A stretch of DNA of 64,000 bases, from assembly GCA_964484795.1 (NCBI GenBank), contig CAZAFN010000003.1:789-64788 (forward strand), in the 5' to 3' direction. The translations under genes were made by a program, and so were the position numbers. Shown one piece after another: positions 58,507-64,000 of the stretch (the stretch's first letter is position 1; each line of letters opens with the position of its first letter). The stretch is from an uncultured Alphaproteobacteria bacterium (GTDB taxonomy: Bacteria > Pseudomonadota > Alphaproteobacteria > Methylaequorales > Methylaequoraceae). The notes beneath the pieces are model-generated. The model was given only the letters and a program-made list of their open reading frames with translations. It was not told where the DNA came from and did not search any database.

Positions 58507-60623
58507 CGTTAAAAGATAAGCTTAAAGATTTTGGAAAAAAAAACTTTCAAAATGTTGCATTCTTAATTTTCTTTTCAATATCATTTGTTTTAAGTTTAAT
58601 TATATTTCTGACACTTTCTGGAAATTTATCAAATTTAGAAGAAGTAGACAAAGTTTCATCCTTAATTTCGGTAAATTTCGTGATGATTATATTTCTAATA
58701 ATTTTTTCACTTAACAATATTTTTAGAATTTTCATTCAGAAAAAGATAAAATCAAAATTTAGAATTCAATTTACGTTATTATTTATTATAACAACTTTTA
58801 TACCAACAACATTAATTACAATTTTTTCCTTAATTTTTTTTGATCAAGGTTTAAAGCTTTGGTTTAACGAGAAATTAAGTCAAGTAATTAAAGGTTCTCA
58901 AAGGATTTCAGAATCTTATTTTAGTGAACATGAGAATACTATTAAAAATGATATTTTATTCATTAACAGTAATATTAGTAATGAAAAAATAGTTTTTTTT
59001 ACTGATAAGTCCAGATTAAATAGTTTGCTTTCTTCTTTTGTCAAGATTAAAGATCTAGAAGAAGCAATTATTTTCGAACAATCAGGCCAACTATTAGCAA
59101 AGGTTGGAAGTTTTTTAATAGAATCTGAACCTTCTCCTCCTATGTGGGCAAAAATGACTGCTGATGATGGGGGTATTGCAGTTTATCCAAATAATGATCA
59201 AACCAAAGTTAGGGCATTAATGAAATTACAGAGAGTTATTCCTACTTATCTCTATATTGGTAAAAATGTGGATCCAAATGTTTTGAGTAGAGTGGAATCA
59301 GTGAACGAAGCTGCCATTGAATATTCTAATATTGCAAACAAACTAGATGAGTTTCAATTTCAGTTTAACAAATTGTTTGTTTCAATAAATTTTTTAATGA
59401 TACTGCTATCAATTTGGTTTGGACTAAGGTTTTCTAATAGAATAATAGATCCAATTATGGAAATAATATCTGATTCAGAAAAAATCATTAAAGGTGATTT
59501 TTCTACTAGAATAAGAATTTTTAAAGGAAACTATGATTTTAATATTTTATCTAAGGTCTTAAATAAAATGTTAGATAGGCTTCATAAAGCAAAAGAAACT
59601 ATAAATTTGAGGAGAAAATTTACAGAAAATATTATTAATGATGTTAGTACTGGCATTATATATGTTGATCTAAATGATAGAATTGTATTGTTTAACAAAA
59701 AGTCCCAAGAAATTCTTGGTGAAAACTTAAAAAACGAATTTAATAGGAAGAACAATCAAATTAATTCATTAATCAAACAGTTTAAATCAAGTGATTTAAA
59801 AATTGATAATACTCAAATAAAATATTTTTCTAACGAGAAATTTAAAATTCTTAATCTAAAAATATCAAAATTTGTCGAAAAGAAAAAGCAAAAGGGAATA
59901 ATTGTTACTATTGATGATATAACCGAACTAGTTTCTGCACAAAAAAATGCTGCATGGTCTAATGTGGCAAGATATTTAGCTCATGAAATTAAAAATCCAC
60001 TAACTCCAATAAAACTTTCTGCTCAAAGATTGGAAAATTTTTTTAAAAAAAAAGGTGATGAAGATGATAGAAATCTATTTTTTAATTGTACGGATGCAAT
60101 TGTAAGGCAAGTAAACAACATAGAAAATTTGGTTACAGAATTCTCTAATTTTGCTAGGATGCCATTAAGTAAATTTCAATCTGTTAAAATAGACAAAATT
60201 ATTTTGACCCAAATTAACACACAAAAGATTGCCAACAAAAATATTAAATTTCAGTATAGTTTTGACCCAAAAAACATTTTGATTTCTGGTGATCAAAATC
60301 AACTTAGTAGAGTTTTTTTAAATATCTTTAAAAATTCAATAGAATCAATGGATAAAGTTAAAAAAAAAATTTCAGTAGAAATTAACAATAATAAAAAATT
60401 TATTATTGTTAATATAGAAGATAATGGAAAAGGTTTCCCTGAAAATAGAGATAAGCTTTTTGAGCCCTATATTACTAACAAAACAAATGGGACTGGTTTG
60501 GGTTTGTCCATTTGTAAGAAAATAATTGAAGATCATAATGGTGAAATTAATTTGTTAGATAGTAAAAATTTAGGTGGAGCATTAGTTAGAATAAAGTTGT
60601 TCAAAAGAATTAATCAAAAATGA
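58503..60623 (+). CDS. ntrY: NtrY-type membrane sensor histidine kinase (TM-HAMP-PAS-HisKA-HATPase)
   Basis: 706 aa with N-terminal TM helices and a periplasmic-size loop. H-box AHEIKNPLTPIKLSAQRL, G1 IEDNGKGF and G2 GTGLGLSICKKII. Confidence 0.9.
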   Translation: MTLKDKLKDFGKKNFQNVAFLIFFSISFVLSLIIFLTLSGNLSNLEEVDKVSSLISVNFVMIIFLIIFSLNNIFRIFIQKKIKSKFRIQFTLLFIITTFIPTTLITIFSLIFFDQGLKLWFNEKLSQVIKGSQRISESYFSEHENTIKNDILFINSNISNEKIVFFTDKSRLNSLLSSFVKIKDLEEAIIFEQSGQLLAKVGSFLIESEPSPPMWAKMTADDGGIAVYPNNDQTKVRALMKLQRVIPTYLYIGKNVDPNVLSRVESVNEAAIEYSNIANKLDEFQFQFNKLFVSINFLMILLSIWFGLRFSNRIIDPIMEIISDSEKIIKGDFSTRIRIFKGNYDFNILSKVLNKMLDRLHKAKETINLRRKFTENIINDVSTGIIYVDLNDRIVLFNKKSQEILGENLKNEFNRKNNQINSLIKQFKSSDLKIDNTQIKYFSNEKFKILNLKISKFVEKKKQKGIIVTIDDITELVSAQKNAAWSNVARYLAHEIKNPLTPIKLSAQRLENFFKKKGDEDDRNLFFNCTDAIVRQVNNIENLVTEFSNFARMPLSKFQSVKIDKIILTQINTQKIANKNIKFQYSFDPKNILISGDQNQLSRVFLNIFKNSIESMDKVKKKISVEINNNKKFIIVNIEDNGKGFPENRDKLFEPYITNKTNGTGLGLSICKKIIEDHNGEINLLDSKNLGGALVRIKLFKRINQK

Positions 60624-62005
60624 ATGAAGAAACCAAAATTTTAATAATAGATGATGAGCGTGATATCTGCGAACAATTGTCTGGATTACTTAACGATAAA
60701 GGTTTTTCATCTAATTTTAGTTTTTCTGCTGAAGAAGGAGTTGAGCTTTTTAAGAAAAATAAATATTCACTGGTTTTATTGGATATTTGGCTTAACAATT
60801 CAAAGTTTGATGGTTTTCAGGCTTTAGAAAAAATTTTACAAATAAATGAAAATGTACCAATTATAATGATTAGCGGACATGGGAATATTGAAACAGCTGT
60901 TAATTCCATAAAAAAAGGGGCATATGATTTTATTGAAAAACCTTTTGATAGCGATTTGTTGCTTTTTAAAGTTAAGAAGGCATTAGAAAATTTTGAACTT
61001 AAAAGAGAAATTATTAAATTAATAAAGAATGAAGAAGATTCTAATTTAATTGCCAAATCTCAATCGTCTATGAATTTATTTAATTCATTAAAGAAAATTA
61101 GTAAAATAGATTGTTCTGTAATGTTGATAGGGAATATGGGTGCGGGAAAAAAATTTTTAGCTACCAAAATTCATAATGAATCTAATAGGTCTAATAAAAA
61201 CTTTAGAATTATTGATTGTAAAAAAAATGATCAGGATGAGCTTCAGAGAGAAATTTTTGGAAAAGAAGATAATCAAGTTGTTAAAATTTCTGGGATTTTA
61301 GATGAAGTAAATAGAGGTACTCTTTTGTTTGAAAACATTCATTGTCTCTCCAAAGTTATTCAGGGGAAATTATTAAGGGTTTTAGAGGAAAAAAAATATT
61401 ATAGAATTGGAGCAATAACTCCGAGGAATATAAATGTAAGAATAATTGCTTCATCAATTATATCTTTGGAAAAAATTAAAAAAACAAACAAACTTCGAAA
61501 TGATTTAGTAAAGAAACTGGATTTTTTTACAATTAATATTCCAAGTTTAATTGATAGAAAAGAGGATATTGAAGATTTAGTTAATTTTTTCTTATTAGAC
61601 TTTGCAAATAAGAAAAACTTTATTAAAAAAAAATTTTCAGAAGACGCTATATCTTTCTTCTACAATATGAATTGTGTGGAAAATATTTCGCAATTAAAAA
61701 AATTTGTAGAGTTGTGTTGTATTATGTTGTCAGATGATCAAGAAACAGTTATTACAAAAAATAATCTTTTACAGTTAATGCATAAATTTTTAGGAATTGA
61801 TGACACAAACAACTTCAATGAAAAAAAATTTTTTGATTTTTCTATAAAAGATGCTAGGGAACATTTTGAAAAAAAATATTTAATGTATAATCTTGCTAAA
61901 TATGAGTATAACGTATCCAAAATGTCATTTGAAATTGGAATGGAAAGAACTGCACTTTATAGAAAGTTAAAATCAATGAAAATAAATGTGGATGTGAAAC
62001 AGTGA
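60620..62005 (+). CDS. ntrX: NtrX-type response regulator (receiver + degenerate AAA+ lacking GAFTGA + HTH)
   Basis: 461 aa with receiver Asp in LVLLDIWL. Walker A-like GNMGAGKK, no GAFTGA, Walker B position reads LLFENI, and C-terminal HTH MERTALYRKLKS. Confidence 0.88.
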   Translation: MNEETKILIIDDERDICEQLSGLLNDKGFSSNFSFSAEEGVELFKKNKYSLVLLDIWLNNSKFDGFQALEKILQINENVPIIMISGHGNIETAVNSIKKGAYDFIEKPFDSDLLLFKVKKALENFELKREIIKLIKNEEDSNLIAKSQSSMNLFNSLKKISKIDCSVMLIGNMGAGKKFLATKIHNESNRSNKNFRIIDCKKNDQDELQREIFGKEDNQVVKISGILDEVNRGTLLFENIHCLSKVIQGKLLRVLEEKKYYRIGAITPRNINVRIIASSIISLEKIKKTNKLRNDLVKKLDFFTINIPSLIDRKEDIEDLVNFFLLDFANKKNFIKKKFSEDAISFFYNMNCVENISQLKKFVELCCIMLSDDQETVITKNNLLQLMHKFLGIDDTNNFNEKKFFDFSIKDAREHFEKKYLMYNLAKYEYNVSKMSFEIGMERTALYRKLKSMKINVDVKQ

Positions 62006-63384
62006 AAATAATTATTTGTGGTGCTGATGAAGTCGGTTCTAATATCGCGAAGCAATTAGTTTATGAAGATAATGATGTAACAATAGTTGATGAATCAGAA
62101 TTATTGTTAAGAACTTTAAATAAAACTCTTGATGTTAAAAGTATTTGTGGAAAAACAACATTACCTGGAGTTTTAGAAAAAGCTGGAGCAGAAGAAGCTG
62201 ATATGATTATAGCTGTTTCTAATAAGGATGAATCAAATATAATATCTTGCGAATTAGCTAATCACTTGTTCAAAATTCCAACTAAAGTTGCTAGAATTAG
62301 TGAATCTGGTTATTTAGATACAAAATATTCAAAAAAATTATTTGCATCAGGAAAGATTGATGTTGATGCAATTATTTCTCCAGAACGGGAAGTTGCCAAT
62401 ACAATAATAAGGCAATTAAATACACCTGGGGCTTTTGATTCATTTTATCTTGGAGATAAAATAGCTAGAGTCATAGGATTATCGATAGATGATTCTTGTC
62501 CAATCATTAATACACCATTAAGAATGTTGCCAGGCACTTTTTCTGGCTTAGATGTTAAAATCCTGTCAATATTTAGGAATAACGAAATTATAATTCCAAC
62601 TGGGAAAATGGAAATTTATCCGGGTGATGATATATATATATGCGTAAGAAACGTTGATTTGTTAAGAGCTTTAAGAGTTTTTGGTATCAAATCAGAAGAA
62701 AATCGAAAGATTGTAGTTGTTGGTGCTGGTAATATTGGTTTAAACATTATTAAAATTCTAGAAAATGATTATCCAGATATTGTATGTAAAATAGTTGACA
62801 ACGATATTGAGAGAACTAAGAGTATTTCAGCAGAATTATCCCAACAAAATACAATTTTATGTGGTGATGCACTTGATTCAAATTTATTAAAGGAAGCTGG
62901 TGTTATGAATGCAGAAGCTATTATTGCAGTGACAGATGATGACGAGGTAAATTTATTCAGTGCACTTTTAGCCAAAGACTTGGGTTGTAAAAGATCTATG
63001 GCTATAGTTAGAAACTCAAATTATAGAAGATTGTCAAAAAAACTTAATCTTGATGTTCTAATTAATCCAGGAAATATAACTACATCTGCCATTCTTCAAT
63101 ATGTTCGACGAGGAAAAGTGAAAGAAATCCATGATTTTGGAGATGAACGTGGTGAAATTATGGAAATAGAAATTTTAGCTACTACGAAATTTGCTGATAA
63201 AAAAATTGCAGACTTAACAATTCCTAATGGAGTGGTTATTGGTGGAATAGTAAGAAATAAAAAACTCATTTTCCCTGATGAAGAAACAATCATATTGGTT
63301 AAAGATAAATTAATAATATTTTCTGATCCTTCTTCCATAAAAGATATTGAAAAATATTCTGAGGTCAATATTGAGTTTTTTTGA
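62002..63384 (+). CDS. trkA: Trk potassium uptake system NAD-binding protein TrkA (tandem RCK)
   Basis: 460 aa with two RCK_N/RCK_C units. The second Rossmann motif, VVVGAGNIGLNI, is canonical. Apparent GTG start overlapping the ntrX stop. Confidence 0.92.
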   Translation: MKIIICGADEVGSNIAKQLVYEDNDVTIVDESELLLRTLNKTLDVKSICGKTTLPGVLEKAGAEEADMIIAVSNKDESNIISCELANHLFKIPTKVARISESGYLDTKYSKKLFASGKIDVDAIISPEREVANTIIRQLNTPGAFDSFYLGDKIARVIGLSIDDSCPIINTPLRMLPGTFSGLDVKILSIFRNNEIIIPTGKMEIYPGDDIYICVRNVDLLRALRVFGIKSEENRKIVVVGAGNIGLNIIKILENDYPDIVCKIVDNDIERTKSISAELSQQNTILCGDALDSNLLKEAGVMNAEAIIAVTDDDEVNLFSALLAKDLGCKRSMAIVRNSNYRRLSKKLNLDVLINPGNITTSAILQYVRRGKVKEIHDFGDERGEIMEIEILATTKFADKKIADLTIPNGVVIGGIVRNKKLIFPDEETIILVKDKLIIFSDPSSIKDIEKYSEVNIEFF

Positions 63385-64000
63385 TGGAAATATATTTTAT
63401 CAACGGTGCTTTTAAACATAAATCCAATGCCTTAATATCTGTTGAAGATAGAGGCTTTAATTTTTCAGATGGAGTTTATGAAGTTATCTCTTTTTTAAAA
63501 AAATCATTGATAAATTTAGACAAACATTTTTTAAGATTGAAGAGATCACTTAAAGAATTGAAAATTGATAGTCCCTATAAAAACTTAAAATCTCTAGAGT
63601 TAATAATTAAAAGATTGATTAATCTAAACAATTTCGAATCTGGTTTTATTTACCTGCAAATTACAAGAGGTAGTTCAGAAAGAAATCATCTTTTCCCTAG
63701 AAACATTAAACCTAATGTTGTTATATTTATTTTTCCAAAAAAAAATATTAAAAATATTTTAAAAGGAGTTAAAGTTGGATTGTCTGAAGATATTAGATGG
63801 AAGAGATGTGATATTAAAGCTATTGGATTATTACCAAATTTGATGGAAAAACAGAAAGCTTCCGAGAAAGGTCTATATGAAATCTGGCAAACAAAAAAAA
63901 ACTTCATAACAGAGGGATCTACATCAAACGCATTCATAGTTGACAAAAAATCAGAGATAATTACTCACCCAAAAAATAATCATATTTTAGGAGGGGTAAC
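63384..64000 (+). CDS. Class IV (fold type IV) aminotransferase, D-amino-acid / branched-chain type (5' part, runs off the 3' edge)
   Basis: It is absent from the ORF track because no stop falls inside the window. My translation from ATG 63384 (TGATG overlap with trkA) is MEIYFINGAFKHKSNALISVEDRGFNFSDGVYEVISF...YLQITRGSSERNH...RWKRCDIKAIGLLPNLMEKQKA...TEGSTSNAFIV, with the typical class IV motifs. Confidence 0.85.
   Translation, partial: MEIYFINGAFKHKSNALISVEDRGFNFSDGVYEVISFLKKSLINLDKHFLRLKRSLKELKIDSPYKNLKSLELIIKRLINLNNFESGFIYLQITRGSSERNHLFPRNIKPNVVIFIFPKKNIKNILKGVKVGLSEDIRWKRCDIKAIGLLPNLMEKQKASEKGLYEIWQTKKNFITEGSTSNAFIVDKKSEIITHPKNNHILGGV

Noticed and set aside
1-64000. Mobile elements, CRISPR arrays, tRNA/rRNA genes, defence or toxin-antitoxin islands, or a composition-shifted accessory insert
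   Set aside because: I saw no transposase, integrase or phage-like ORFs, no spaced direct repeats and no cloverleaf-sized gaps. Gene order is continuous conserved alphaproteobacterial core synteny, with uniform AT-rich composition by eye. A computational scan (tRNAscan, Infernal, repeat finder) would be needed to exclude small elements formally.

Overview
This is a visibly AT-rich, very gene-dense window. It holds about 64 protein genes, most spacers are 0-40 nt, and many junctions are ATGA/TAATG overlaps. Gene order follows the conserved alphaproteobacterial core backbone. Composition, compaction and synteny suggest a streamlined SAR11/Pelagibacterales-type genome, but that is an inference I cannot verify here.

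Content, left to right:
- + strand: nuoD (3' part) through nuoN, birA, coaX, RNase J, methylmalonyl-CoA epimerase, DUF1467, proS, lolC/E-lolD, dnaE.
- + strand: rpsB-tsf-pyrH-frr-uppS-cdsA-dxr-rseP-bamA-skp-lpxD-fabZ-lpxA-lpxI-lpxB.
- - strand: gltA, gltX, lexA, moeA, moaC, trpC, trpD, trpG, trpE, ppiD.
- + strand: tpiA, secG, pyrG, kdsA, eno, ftsB.
- - strand: pncC-like, pgpA, ispDF.
- + strand: ypjD-like membrane protein, dusB, ntrB, ntrC, ntrY, ntrX, trkA, and the 5' part of a class IV aminotransferase.

I saw no rRNA, tRNA, CRISPR array, transposase/integrase, phage or toxin-type genes, and no spacer long enough to hide a typical ncRNA. The longest spacer is 108 nt, upstream of rpsB.

I do not find a novel multi-gene system. 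Every long ORF has a confident housekeeping identity, so this looks like an ordinary core region.

Items worth a second look are single-locus oddities:
1. An in-frame TAA at a conserved Leu position inside dnaE.
2. RNase J split by a frame change inside a 14-nt poly(A) run that ends in the classic A-AAA-AAG -1 slippery heptamer.
3. An alphaproteobacterial GTTC-N7-GTTC SOS box overlapping a candidate lexA promoter, whose geometry suggests a near-leaderless mRNA.
4. A hairpin in the rpsB leader whose loop is complementary to the rpsB Shine-Dalgarno sequence.
5. An NtrC with an intact GAFTGA motif next to an NtrX with degenerate AAA+ motifs.
6. Convergent gene pairs whose ends overlap, leaving no terminator space.
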